Shown: positions 8,793 through 17,914 of the stretch, piece after piece | Layout: each line of letters begins with the position of its first letter | How positions within the stretch are numbered: the stretch's first letter is position 1 | DNA from: an uncultured Lentisphaerales bacterium | GTDB lineage: Bacteria > Verrucomicrobiota > Lentisphaeria > JABSQK01 > UBA12247 | Length of the DNA: 35,510 nt | Reading direction: 5' to 3' | Assembly (NCBI GenBank): GCA_943788985.1 | Contig: CALSSJ010000047.1 | Coordinates: 1-35,510, forward strand | The notes under the pieces: model-generated | Told to the model about the DNA's origin: nothing | What the model saw: only the letters and a program-made list of their open reading frames with translations | Database searches by the model: none | Program-made: the position numbers and the translations under genes

Positions 8793-9445
8793 CCCGCGCT
8801 GAACGGGTTGCGAAGTTCGCAGCCACAGACATCTATCCGGTCACCTGCGAGGTCCTCTCTGCCGGTCGCACCGACTTGGAGATCCTCAGACAGGTGGCCC
8901 ATGGCGGAGCCAAAGTCATTCAATTGCGTGACAAAACCTCCAGCCGACGCGGCCTCTACAAGAAGGCGGCAGCGTTCCGGGAACTGACAGCTGAACTGGG
9001 CATGCTCCTGATCATCAACGACTACGTGGACATTGCCTTGGCGGTCGATGCCGATGGCGTACATCTCGGCCAGGGCGACCTCCCGATCGAGGTGGCTCGG
9101 CAACTGGCTCCCGAGCAGATCATAGGCTCGTCCTGCCACTCACTACCGGATATCCACGAAGCCATGCGTCTGGGCGCAGACTATACCAACCTCGGCCCAG
9201 TGTTCGCCACCCAGACCAAGGACACCCCGGTCGTCCCGTTGGGGCTGGATCTGGTGCGCGAGGCGCACGCAAAGTTCAGCCACCCCGTGACCGTCATGGG
9301 CGGCATCAAGCTCCACCATGTCAGCGACCTAGCAGCCGCTGGGGCCCGCCATCTCGCAGTCGTAACCGCAGTCACCCAGGCCGATGATATCGCAGCCGAG
9401 ACTGCCGTCTGGCGCAACGCAATCCAAACAGCAATGGCCGGTTGA
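8783..9445 (+). CDS. thiE: Thiamine-phosphate synthase
   Basis: Motifs IQLRDK, LIINDYVDIALAVDADGVHLGQGD, IIGSSCHS, GPVFATQTK and MGGI. Start is ATG 8783 or GTG 8789. Confidence 0.93.
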   Translation: MAVTRAERVAKFAATDIYPVTCEVLSAGRTDLEILRQVAHGGAKVIQLRDKTSSRRGLYKKAAAFRELTAELGMLLIINDYVDIALAVDADGVHLGQGDLPIEVARQLAPEQIIGSSCHSLPDIHEAMRLGADYTNLGPVFATQTKDTPVVPLGLDLVREAHAKFSHPVTVMGGIKLHHVSDLAAAGARHLAVVTAVTQADDIAAETAVWRNAIQTAMAG

Positions 9446-9469
9446 CAGCCCTGTCGAATTGCCTATTGT
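9442..9469 (+). promoter_or_regulatory. Putative sigma70 promoter for sodN
   Basis: Consensus TTGACA-16 nt-TATTGT; small dyad GACAG-CC-CTGTC (9444-9455) overlaps the -35 box. Confidence 0.55.
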
Positions 9470-9507
9470 CCTTCTTCCCCCAAACCAACCATCAAGGATC
9501 ATCCCTC

Positions 9508-9936
9508 ATGCGGACTCTCTCAGTTCTCTCTCTTTTTCTCTTCGCCAGCTTCTGTAGTGCCCACTGCCAGATTCCATGCGGGATCTACGGCGACGACGCT
9601 CGGTTCACGGCAATGCTCGAAGACGCCGCCACGCTGCGCAAATCAATCACTCAGATTGAAACGCTCTCGAAAGAGAAGACGCCAAATCACAACCAGCTCG
9701 CGCGTTGGATTGCGAACAAAGACGCGCATGCCCAGAAAATCCAACAGACCGTACTGGACTACTTCCTCGCCCAACGCATCAAGGAAGGGCAGCCTCACTA
9801 TGACAAAAAACTAGCTCATCTGCACAAGATTATTGTGCTGGCGATGAAGGCGAAGCAGACCACGGACGTGGCCCATGTCGATGCCCTTGAAGCCGAGATC
9901 AAGGCATTCCAGACCCTCTATCGCCACAAGCATTGA
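9508..9936 (+). CDS. sodN: Nickel superoxide dismutase precursor with Sec-type signal peptide
   Basis: Ni-hook HCQIPCGIY follows the hydrophobic leader MRTLSVLSLFLFASFCSA; NQLARWI.NKD.HA.KIQ..V.DYFLAQRIK; AAGGA RBS. Confidence 0.93.
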   Translation: MRTLSVLSLFLFASFCSAHCQIPCGIYGDDARFTAMLEDAATLRKSITQIETLSKEKTPNHNQLARWIANKDAHAQKIQQTVLDYFLAQRIKEGQPHYDKKLAHLHKIIVLAMKAKQTTDVAHVDALEAEIKAFQTLYRHKH

Positions 9937-9945
9937 CAGAGACAT

Positions 9946-10956
9946 ATGGGACGGGGACCCGCGCCTACGCTGCTTGAGGACATTGATGACTTGGGCAAGC
10001 ACAAGAAGCCCAAATTTGGCTGGCCGGACGAAGTTGAAGAAATCGTCTACCAAAGTCCGTCCGACGAGTCAGACCAGGCGGCGACCATCTATGTCCCCGA
10101 CAGCACGGCGCCCGTCCCACTTCTTATTGATTTTCACGGCTGGTCCCAGAACTACCAGTATCCGTCCGGTGCCCAAGCAGCACGCTGGTGCATAGACTCC
10201 AATTGGGCATTCCTGTATCCGGACTTTAGAGGTGCCAGCAACCACCCGGACGGCCTTTGTTCAGAGCACGTCGTGCATGACATACTCGGCGCCATTGCCT
10301 CGATCGCGACTTTTGTACCAATCGACCGCAATCGCATCTACCTCCTCGGTGGCAAGACCGCTGGCCATGTCGCGCTCTACATGGCCGGACGCGCTCCAGA
10401 TGTTTGGGCCGGTGTCTCCGTCTGGGGACCTTGGGTAGATCTCAAGATGTGGTGGAAAGAGCGCATTGGCTGCCGGAAGAACTGGAAATACGCGGGCCAT
10501 ATCGAGCTCGCCTGCGGGGGCAAGCCCAGCGCGAGCGAAGAAGTCGCCGAAGAGTACGAACTGCGCTCCCCCATCACCTGGCTCCAGAACGCAGTCGGCG
10601 TCCCGATCGACCTGAACGCAGGGCTGAACGATGGCAGAATTGGGCCGGTCGCTTACCGCCATTCTCTGCACGCCTATAACGAGCTTGCGGCCGATGCGGA
10701 CAGGTTTAGCGACGAAGAAATCGAGCATTTCTATAACGCCATGCGGCCGCCCAAAGGCACTCCTCCTCCAGATCCAGACCCGCTCTACGGGAGCAACGCT
10801 TTGGTCTTTCGTGGCATCTCGAATAATGTCCGGCTGACCATCTTTCGCGGTGGCCATGAAGTCTTCTATGACGCCTCCTTGAACTGGCTCGCACAGCAGC
10901 GACGCGGCGAACCCGCAGTCTGGAAGTGCGCCCCCAAGTTCTCGATCGGCGGATGA
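9946..10956 (+). CDS. Alpha/beta-hydrolase fold protein (prolyl oligopeptidase/esterase-like) lacking the catalytic Ser
   Basis: Motifs VPLLIDFHGWS, PDFRG, IDRNRIYLLG, RSPI, G.NDG and IFRGGHE. The nucleophile elbow reads GGKTAGH. Confidence 0.8.
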   Translation: MGRGPAPTLLEDIDDLGKHKKPKFGWPDEVEEIVYQSPSDESDQAATIYVPDSTAPVPLLIDFHGWSQNYQYPSGAQAARWCIDSNWAFLYPDFRGASNHPDGLCSEHVVHDILGAIASIATFVPIDRNRIYLLGGKTAGHVALYMAGRAPDVWAGVSVWGPWVDLKMWWKERIGCRKNWKYAGHIELACGGKPSASEEVAEEYELRSPITWLQNAVGVPIDLNAGLNDGRIGPVAYRHSLHAYNELAADADRFSDEEIEHFYNAMRPPKGTPPPDPDPLYGSNALVFRGISNNVRLTIFRGGHEVFYDASLNWLAQQRRGEPAVWKCAPKFSIGG

Positions 10957-11357
10957 CTCGCATTCTGCATGTAGAGGACAGCGCCAGTGATCGCGCGCTG
11001 ACCAAGGAAGCCATCGACATCGTCGGCATCGACTGCGAATTGATTCAGGTCCAATCTGCTGCGGATGCCCTGGTGGCGATCGCAGCCTCCCCCCCCCAGC
11101 TCATTCTTCTCGACCTCAATCTTCCGGGAATGAAGGGCCATGAGTTGCTAAGTACCCTGAAGCAGAACCCGAAGTGGCTCTCGATACCGGTGCTGATCCT
11201 GTCAAGCTCGGAGAACCAGCGCGAGATCGCCCGCAGCTACGCCTTGCACGCAAATGGCTACCTCGCCAAGCCGACGGATTTCGACGGATTCATCTCCTTG
11301 TTTGAAGCCATTGACCAGTTCTGGCTGCGCCACGCCCGCCTCCCCAGCCCCGGATGA
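10953..11357 (+). CDS. Single-domain response regulator (Rcp1/CheY-like receiver)
   Basis: RILHVEDSASD, LILLDLNLPGMKG, IPVLILSSS and ANGYLAKP; ATGA overlap with the upstream gene. Confidence 0.92.
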   Translation: MTRILHVEDSASDRALTKEAIDIVGIDCELIQVQSAADALVAIAASPPQLILLDLNLPGMKGHELLSTLKQNPKWLSIPVLILSSSENQREIARSYALHANGYLAKPTDFDGFISLFEAIDQFWLRHARLPSPG

Positions 11358-11945
11358 TGAATGACACACCGGCGGAGAAATGCGATCCGCTCTCACGAGC
11401 CCCTTATCTACTGATCAATCGCCTTGGTGTGGCTGTGCTATTTTTCCTTCCGGCGGCCGATATGGCTTTGTGGCATTTTGATTTCACCCAGATCACTGCC
11501 CCCTGCTTCTTGCGCGTTTCCTTCTTTTCTGGGGGCTCGCATGGGCAATCCTTACGCGGAAGTTCTGAGCCTAAAGAACAGCCAGCTGGCTTGCTGTTCT
11601 GGCCATCTCAAGTTCTGTAGCAGCATACCTTCTCAATTCTAGTGCCACTTCTTTGTTACGGGCCTAGCGCGCCTATTGGGCTTCTTGCCGCTAATCGGCT
11701 TTCAATTTATTCCTTCGGCCGCGATCCGCTGCCGGTAACCAGACACACTTTCCGCAGGTACGGAAAACGAGAAGAAAAACAGCGGCTGGGCGCTTGCCTC
11801 CCTAGCTTGCCGAGTATTGTCCTTTGCCCATATGAAGCTTTCGGAGGACTTCTCGCACTCGGCGTGGGATGTAAAGCAAGAAGTCAGGAAGGGATTGGTC
11901 CTAGGCTGTAATGGATTGATAAATACCTGAGGCAAGATCTACTAC

Positions 11946-12392
11946 ATGACACAGTGGGCCAAGCCCACGTGGGCAGCCGATAAAGGAAAGTGGGATCGGG
12001 CGCTCGCCCTGAAAGTGAGGATCAGCTGTGCCGAAAACATGAAGCGAGTGGCCAGTGCCCGCCAGCAGTAGGCAGCGCACAACAGTGGGGATTTCCCAAG
12101 TGAGATCGACGCTCTCACGCTGCCAGCAGGAATAACCCTGAAGTGCCCAAGTGCAGAAGCTGACCTGGAGTACCACTATCGCTATTTCGGTCGCGGGCTC
12201 CGCGCCGATGTCGACAATCCGGAGCAGCTCCTATTGCTGGCAGATGTTCCATCGAATCATCCCTTTCAGGAGGGGATTAAGGTCGCGTTATTTGACGGCA
12301 ACATCAATGGTTTCAAGGCTGCGAGCTATGCAGATCTTAAGGAAGGGGGAATTTCTTTCCCAAACGCCCCTGTTTTACTACCGGATCAGTAG
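11946..12392 (+). pseudogene. DUF1559/H-X9-DG-type pseudopilin-like gene interrupted by an in-frame TAG (not in the ORF track)
   Basis: Manual translation: ...KVRISCAENMKRVASARQQ*AAHNSGDFP...LKCPS...YRYFGRGL...LLLADVPSNHPFQEGIKVALFDGNI...PDQ*. The TAG is at 12069-12071, and further in-frame stops occur upstream. Confidence 0.65.
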
Positions 12393-12416
12393 ACCGAGCA
12401 ATCACCTCAGCGGTCT

Positions 12417-12740
12417 CTAATCAACTGAAAGATCCAAGGCAAAGTCGATTGCCGCAGAGACCGCCCGCATCAAAATCCTTGAAAGCGAAGTGACTAAGCC
12501 GCCAATTTTACCGCAGCTCACGCAATGCAGATGATCGCAGTTTACGACGCAAGCCTTTGGCATTCCATCTCGCTCATTCAGGAAGACCTCGCTTGAAATG
12601 TCGCGAATGGTGGAGGTGATCTGCACCACGGTCACTTCGCCAAGGCGATTGATGATCAAGTCCCGCGCTACAAGCAGCACGGGACGGCGACGGTCGGGAG
12701 TCGGGAAGTTGCACCAGCGCACTTGACCACGCTTCAGCAT
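12417..12740 (-). CDS. Type II toxin, PemK/MazF family endoribonuclease
   Basis: KRGQVRW, PDRRRPVLLV, VTVVQITSTIR, DGMPKACVVNCD and AIDFALDL. Confidence 0.9.
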   Translation of the reverse strand: MLKRGQVRWCNFPTPDRRRPVLLVARDLIINRLGEVTVVQITSTIRDISSEVFLNERDGMPKACVVNCDHLHCVSCGKIGGLVTSLSRILMRAVSAAIDFALDLSVD

Positions 12741-12963
12741 CGCTCAACTCTCCGTCGTCCAACGTTAGAAACTCACCCGTCTGCACAGGAAATTTTGTAT
12801 ATCCATCCTGCTGCTGTTGCTCTCGGCGCTTGATGCCGCTGCGTTTTAGCGCAGCACGCAGCGGATCGCGAGTGAAGGCAGAGCGACTAGTCTTCAACTC
12901 AGCAGCCAAGGCATCAACCGCTGCGACTAATTCCGGTTTAAGGGTCATTTGAACAGTTCTCAT
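12574..12963 (-). CDS. Ribbon-helix-helix (CopG-type) antitoxin with extended C-terminus
   Basis: MRTVQMTL..ELV.AVD.LA.ELKTSRSAFTR..LR, then GY...PV..GEF; GAGGTG RBS; directly upstream of the toxin. Confidence 0.8.
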   Translation of the reverse strand: MRTVQMTLKPELVAAVDALAAELKTSRSAFTRDPLRAALKRSGIKRREQQQQDGYTKFPVQTGEFLTLDDGELSDAEAWSSALVQLPDSRPSPSRAACSAGLDHQSPWRSDRGADHLHHSRHFKRGLPE

Positions 12964-13123
12964 ACTCACCTCTTTAAGCAATGTGGATTCATATAGCTGT
13001 AAGTCGCCCTAGTCACGCATCCGTGCAAGCTATCAGCGCCTCTCCGTCCCCGTGGCAGATCCCTCTTCCACATAAATACATAATCCTTCAAGACAGCGGC
13101 ATCTTCCTCGTGTAGAGTTACGC

Positions 13124-14290
13124 ATGCGAAAAAATACTTTTCTAATCTTCCTTATTGCCCTCTCCCTCGTTTCCTGTGGGAAACCTGAGCCCGAACCAGA
13201 GAACAAAACCGTAAAAATTGGCATTCTTGTGCCGCTGGATATGCCGCTGGTCAAGCTGGGCGCCGGGATCAGTGGTGGAGTCCGACAGCGGGTTTCTGAG
13301 GCAAATCGTAAGCAGGAATTGGGCGAATACACGCATCTTGTGCTACAGACTCGATCCGTCTATGACAACTGGCAGATCGACGAGAAGATGCAATCTCCAA
13401 GTTCAGCCTACCGGAATCTTGTCAACGAAGGCGTAGTGGCCATCATCGGCCCTGTGACAGGCGATGTCTGTCACGAGATCATTAGCTCGATCGAAGCTAG
13501 CCAAACACCGACGATAACCCCGTCCGCTACACTCAATGGCCTGCCCGGCAAGAGCCAGTACCTGTTTCGTAACTGCTTCGATGACACCTTCCAGGCGAAG
13601 GCACTGGTGGATCACGCAGTTCGCCAGCAGGGACTGTTCAAGGCAGCCATTCTTACCCAAAAGGCGAGTTACGACGCCTCTGGCTTGGCGGACGCCTTCA
13701 AGGCAGCGTTCATCGAGGCGGGCGGTGAGATTGTCAGCGAGCAATCATACTTTAGCGGCGACAAGAGCTTTTTCCCGCAACTCAAGGCGATAAAGAAGGC
13801 TGGCGCCGAAATAGTTTTCCTTTCAGGACGCAGCCCCGATGTCCCTACCATCTTGGCCGGTGCCGAGTATATCCAAATGGAGCAACCGTTCTGTGGCAAT
13901 ATGTACTGGGACGATGACTTATTGCTGAACAACGCTGGCACCTCGATCTTCCGGAGCTTTTTCTGCGCAGCCTTTTCCGCTACCGATCCCCAGCCCGGCA
14001 CTGTTGAGTTTATCGAAGCAATGAATGACAGAGACGTTTCGCCGAATTCCTACACTGCTCTTGGCTACGATGCTGCTGATCTGATCATCAAGGCCATCCA
14101 GACAGCTGGTGCCAGTGACCGCGCCTCGATTCTGCAGGGCCTGAAGCAGTTGGAAACGGTAGACCAGATCACTGGTCCTATGCAGTTTAACGTCGAGGGT
14201 GGTGCCATCAAGAGCGGCCTAATCCTCGGAGTCGAACCCCGCGACGGCCGCGCAGTACGCAAGTGGATCAGTACAGCCAAAGGCGAGTAA
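13124..14290 (+). CDS. ABC transporter substrate-binding lipoprotein, LivJ/LivK (branched-chain amino acid) family
   Basis: LVSC lipobox; VKIGILVPL, VVAIIGP, ITPSAT, YLFRNCFDDTFQ, ALGYDAA and ITGPMQF. Confidence 0.88.
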   Translation: MRKNTFLIFLIALSLVSCGKPEPEPENKTVKIGILVPLDMPLVKLGAGISGGVRQRVSEANRKQELGEYTHLVLQTRSVYDNWQIDEKMQSPSSAYRNLVNEGVVAIIGPVTGDVCHEIISSIEASQTPTITPSATLNGLPGKSQYLFRNCFDDTFQAKALVDHAVRQQGLFKAAILTQKASYDASGLADAFKAAFIEAGGEIVSEQSYFSGDKSFFPQLKAIKKAGAEIVFLSGRSPDVPTILAGAEYIQMEQPFCGNMYWDDDLLLNNAGTSIFRSFFCAAFSATDPQPGTVEFIEAMNDRDVSPNSYTALGYDAADLIIKAIQTAGASDRASILQGLKQLETVDQITGPMQFNVEGGAIKSGLILGVEPRDGRAVRKWISTAKGE

Positions 14291-14418
14291 TGGCCGGGGC
14301 CTAGATGAAGCCAAGCACTGCAATGCGTTCAGAACTGGGAAAGACCAGGCCCCTTGGTCGCTCTTGCTCCGCAGCCTGCGGCGCTGATGCCGCGAAACAG
14401 ACAGACAAGCAGGATTCA

Positions 14419-16749
14419 ATGACCCGCAAGCAAAAACCACAGAAGAATAGCAAGCATTCACACGAAGAATCCCCAAAGAAGAGCCGTGGCGGTAGCCAGC
14501 CCCCCACGCTGGACCGCCGCACAGTTCTTCGATTTATGGGCCAGACCGACTATCGCCCCATGCGATTCTCTGAGCTGGCAGAGGCCATGGGCCTCCAAGA
14601 CGAGCAGACCGTCCAGCTTTCCGAGCTGCTGCACGACCTAAGGACCGAAGGCATAGTCGTTAATCTCAAGCACAAGGGCCTGGCCCTAGCCCGCGACACG
14701 GATTTGATTCGCGGCACCATCACCCTCACTCGCTCAGGGGCCGCCTTCGTCTCCGCTAAAGGCTCGAAGCGCGAGATCTTCATCCCTGGCAGTAACACCG
14801 GCACCGCCCTTCCTGGCGACACTGTTCTAGTACGCCTCACGAGAGGCCGAGAAGCAGCCGGATCCCGTCTTTCCGAAGGCGTCGTCGTACGTGTCGAAGA
14901 ACGTGCCAACCGCACCATAGTAGGTGCCGTCCGCCGTGGACATCGCGCCTGGTTTGTCGAGCCAATGCAGGCGACCATCAGCCATCGTATCGTCGTGGCC
15001 GAGACTGCGGGTGCCCAGGAGGGCGACCGCGTCCTGGTGGAGCTAGACCCATGGGAAGATCCACAGCAGGCTCCTGAAGGGCGTATTGTCGAGGTGATCG
15101 GCCCCGAAGACGATCCGGCATTCGACACCCTCTCTGTGATCAAGTCCCACGACCTCCCGCTGGAATTCCCTGCGGCCGTCATCGACGAGGCAGAGAAAGC
15201 CACCATCGACGAGAGTACGATCGCCGAGCGCGTCGACTTCCGCAAGCGCTTTGTCTTTACCATCGATCCCGCCACTGCCCGCGATTTTGACGATGCCCTC
15301 TCTCTCGAGCGCACCAAGCTCGGTTGGCGCTTGGGCGTGCACATCGCAGACGTCAGTCATTTTGTCCAACCCGGTTCCGCCCTTGACGAATGCGCCCTTG
15401 AGCGCGCCACCAGCGTTTACCTGCCGGACCGCGTCATCCCGATGCTGCCCGAGCAACTCTCAAACGGCCTCTGCAGCCTCCAAGAGAACCGAGACCGCCT
15501 GGCATTCAGCGTCTTTATCACCCTCAGTGATGAGGCAGAGATCAAGAAAGTCAACTTTGCGGAGACCGTCATCCACAGCCGCCTTCGCCTCAGCTACGAG
15601 CAAGCGCTCGAAGTCCTGGAAGCGCCCGAGGACAAGCTCCCCGACTTCATTACCCGCAAGGCTGCGGATAAGCTCCTCGCAGTAAACCGTCTGGCGCGGA
15701 AACTGCGTGCAGAGCGCTTCGCCGCGGGATCCTTGGAAATGTCGGTCCCGGAAATCCGCATCGTCGTCGGCGATGATGGCCGCATTGAAGCACTCCAGCC
15801 CCAGACCACCGACGAGGCGCATCAGCTGATCGAAGAATGTATGATCCTGGCCAACCAGGAAGTCTGCCGCGCGCTGAGCCTCAAGGGCTGGACGCACATG
15901 CATCGCATTCACGAAGAGCCCGACCCGCTCAAGCTCGCCGAGCTCGAGGAACGTCTGGTCGCATCTGGCATCATTCCGGGCGATCTCACCCGCCGCGAGA
16001 ACATGAATGCGCTCCTGGAAAACATCGCAGATCTGCCCACGGCCCATGCCTGGAACACTGCTGTGCTGCGTTCCCTCAAACGCGCCGCCTACTCCCACCA
16101 GCAAGTAGGGCACTACGGCCTTGCCAAAGAGTTTTACAGCCATTTCACCTCTCCTATCCGGCGCTACCCGGATCTCGTCGAGCATCGAATGCTGAAGGCC
16201 GCCTTGCTCCGCGCAAAGACCCCCTACCCGCCGCATGATGTTGCAGAGGTTGCATTGCACTGCTCGGAACTTGAAAACCGGGCCAAGCGGGCAGAGCGCG
16301 ACGTGGTCGAGCTGAAGAAGCTACGCTATTTCAGCGAACAACTCGAGCGTGGCAATCCCCTACCCTACCGGGCCATCGTAACCGATGTCCGCAATCACGG
16401 CGCAATGGTCGACATTCCCCAAGTCCAGGCCATCGGCATGGTGCACATCAGCCATCTCGAGCACGACTTCTTCGACTATGATGCAGCGCGTAGGGAACTT
16501 CGCGGCCGCCGCACGGGCGACGTGATCACCACCGGCACAGAGTTGTCCGTGATCGTTGCCAAAGTCAACGTGGCCAAGCGCTTTCTGGATTTCATCCCGG
16601 TGAGCATTGACCCCAAGCCCGGGACCAAGGCCAAGAAGAAAGGCAGCAAGCCAGCTCGGCCACCTGCCAAAGACGCCAAAAACGCTAGAAGCTCAAAGCG
16701 CCCTAAAAGTGCAAAGCAGGAAAAGCGTGACAAGAAGAGGCGCGGCTGA
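14419..16749 (+). CDS. rnr: Ribonuclease R
   Basis: RNB motifs FTIDPATARDFDDALS, ATSVYLPDRVIPMLP..LSNGLCSL and YSHFTSPIRRYPDL; cold-shock and S1 domains; Lys/Arg-rich tail. ATG 14419 has an AGGA RBS. Confidence 0.95.
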   Translation: MTRKQKPQKNSKHSHEESPKKSRGGSQPPTLDRRTVLRFMGQTDYRPMRFSELAEAMGLQDEQTVQLSELLHDLRTEGIVVNLKHKGLALARDTDLIRGTITLTRSGAAFVSAKGSKREIFIPGSNTGTALPGDTVLVRLTRGREAAGSRLSEGVVVRVEERANRTIVGAVRRGHRAWFVEPMQATISHRIVVAETAGAQEGDRVLVELDPWEDPQQAPEGRIVEVIGPEDDPAFDTLSVIKSHDLPLEFPAAVIDEAEKATIDESTIAERVDFRKRFVFTIDPATARDFDDALSLERTKLGWRLGVHIADVSHFVQPGSALDECALERATSVYLPDRVIPMLPEQLSNGLCSLQENRDRLAFSVFITLSDEAEIKKVNFAETVIHSRLRLSYEQALEVLEAPEDKLPDFITRKAADKLLAVNRLARKLRAERFAAGSLEMSVPEIRIVVGDDGRIEALQPQTTDEAHQLIEECMILANQEVCRALSLKGWTHMHRIHEEPDPLKLAELEERLVASGIIPGDLTRRENMNALLENIADLPTAHAWNTAVLRSLKRAAYSHQQVGHYGLAKEFYSHFTSPIRRYPDLVEHRMLKAALLRAKTPYPPHDVAEVALHCSELENRAKRAERDVVELKKLRYFSEQLERGNPLPYRAIVTDVRNHGAMVDIPQVQAIGMVHISHLEHDFFDYDAARRELRGRRTGDVITTGTELSVIVAKVNVAKRFLDFIPVSIDPKPGTKAKKKGSKPARPPAKDAKNARSSKRPKSAKQEKRDKKRRG

Positions 16750-16756
16750 GGCTAGC

Positions 16757-17165
16757 TCAGTCCACGTAGCCGCCCAAATCTGCGACCGGAGCACCCAAAG
16801 GCACGTCTTCCTGCCGACGGCGCAACGCATAGCGACGATAGCCGCCAAGCACCATGGCAAACGCGATAGCGCACAGATAGAAGCCAAAGTGGTCGTGGTG
16901 AATTGGCAACACGCCCTCCAGCAGAATATCAAGAATCACCGCACCGTGTATTCCCGTGTCCGCTCGCGAGGCGAAATAACCGCGCTGCCAGAAGTAGATC
17001 ATCGCGCTCGCCATGGCCACGGTCCAGATCACCGCTGTGGTCACCACCCAGCGGTACGCATCCTGGCTGCCCATTGCGTCTGTAAGCGCGTACCAGATAT
17101 GAAAGATCGCCAAATATAGAATGGTGAGAATTACACTGAAGTGCCAATCTTTAATACTCGTTCAT
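16757..17165 (-). CDS. Hypothetical 4-TM membrane protein (5' end ambiguous, possibly frameshifted)
   Basis: Hydrophobic ORF 17113-16757 with frame open up to the larB stop. The coupled ATG at 17165 is out of frame (MNEY*). Confidence 0.55.
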
Positions 17166-17914
17166 TCCTTTTTCAAGTGTAGCATCCTCGTGGCCGCGCT
17201 GGCGGCACCGAATCCATTGTCGATATTCACTACAGTGATCCCAGAAGCACAAGAATTCAACATCCCGAGCAAAGATGATAGTCCCTGAAAGCTTGCACCA
17301 TACCCCACACTAGTGGGAACAGCTATGACAGGAGCTGCAACAAGCCCACCCAGCACACTCGGCAACGCTCCTTCCATTCCTGCAACGACAATGACGATGT
17401 CACATTCCCGAATCTCTTCGAGCCGACGCACCAGCCGGTGAATGCCAGCCACTCCCACATCTGAGATCTGCACGGCTGCCACCCCAAAGAACGCCAGGGT
17501 CCGCATCGCCTCCCCAGATACCGGTGCATCCGACGCCCCCGCGGAAACCACAGCCACGCACCCACACCGCCGTGGAACCGGCGCGCTGAGCAGCTGCCAG
17601 GTACGCGCGACCTCATCGCTCTGCGCACTTTCATAACCCATTGCAAGCTCCTTTGCGATCTCCGCACGAATCCGCGTAATCAGGACGTTCCTCCCGGCCG
17701 CGGCCATGCTCGCCACGATGCTCCGCAGCTGTGAATTGCTCTTTCCCGCACCAAACACCACCTCAGGCTGCCCACAGCGCACATCGCGCTCGAGGTCCAA
17801 AACCACATCGTCTACCTCCAGGATCGCGCGCAGCTCACAACGCGCCTCGTCTGGTGCCACGCTCCCCTCAGCGACTCGTTGGAGCAGCTTATCCAGATCC
17901 TGCTCAGAAATCAT
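17162..17914 (-). CDS. larB: Nickel-pincer cofactor biosynthesis protein LarB (AIR carboxylase-like)
   Basis: PEVVFGAGKS, SAGASD.PV..EA, DVGVAGIHRL, VAGMEGALPSVLGGL, PTSVGYGA and VVNIDNGFGAA. Confidence 0.93.
   Translation of the reverse strand: MISEQDLDKLLQRVAEGSVAPDEARCELRAILEVDDVVLDLERDVRCGQPEVVFGAGKSNSQLRSIVASMAAAGRNVLITRIRAEIAKELAMGYESAQSDEVARTWQLLSAPVPRRCGCVAVVSAGASDAPVSGEAMRTLAFFGVAAVQISDVGVAGIHRLVRRLEEIRECDIVIVVAGMEGALPSVLGGLVAAPVIAVPTSVGYGASFQGLSSLLGMLNSCASGITVVNIDNGFGAASAATRMLHLKKE

Noticed and set aside
11354..11935. Short ORFs downstream of the response regulator
   Set aside because: No recognisable homology and interrupted by stops; probably the eroded 5' part of the pseudogene region.
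12069..12071. Amber recoding (pyrrolysine or alternative genetic code)
   Set aside because: TAG serves as a normal stop for several genes in the window, and the same frame has TGA/TAA stops upstream, so decay is simpler.
14291..14418. Structured RNA in the rnr leader (GGGGCCT/AGGCCCC and other short stems)
   Set aside because: Stems of 5-7 bp are expected by chance at this GC content, and no known RNA motif was recognised.
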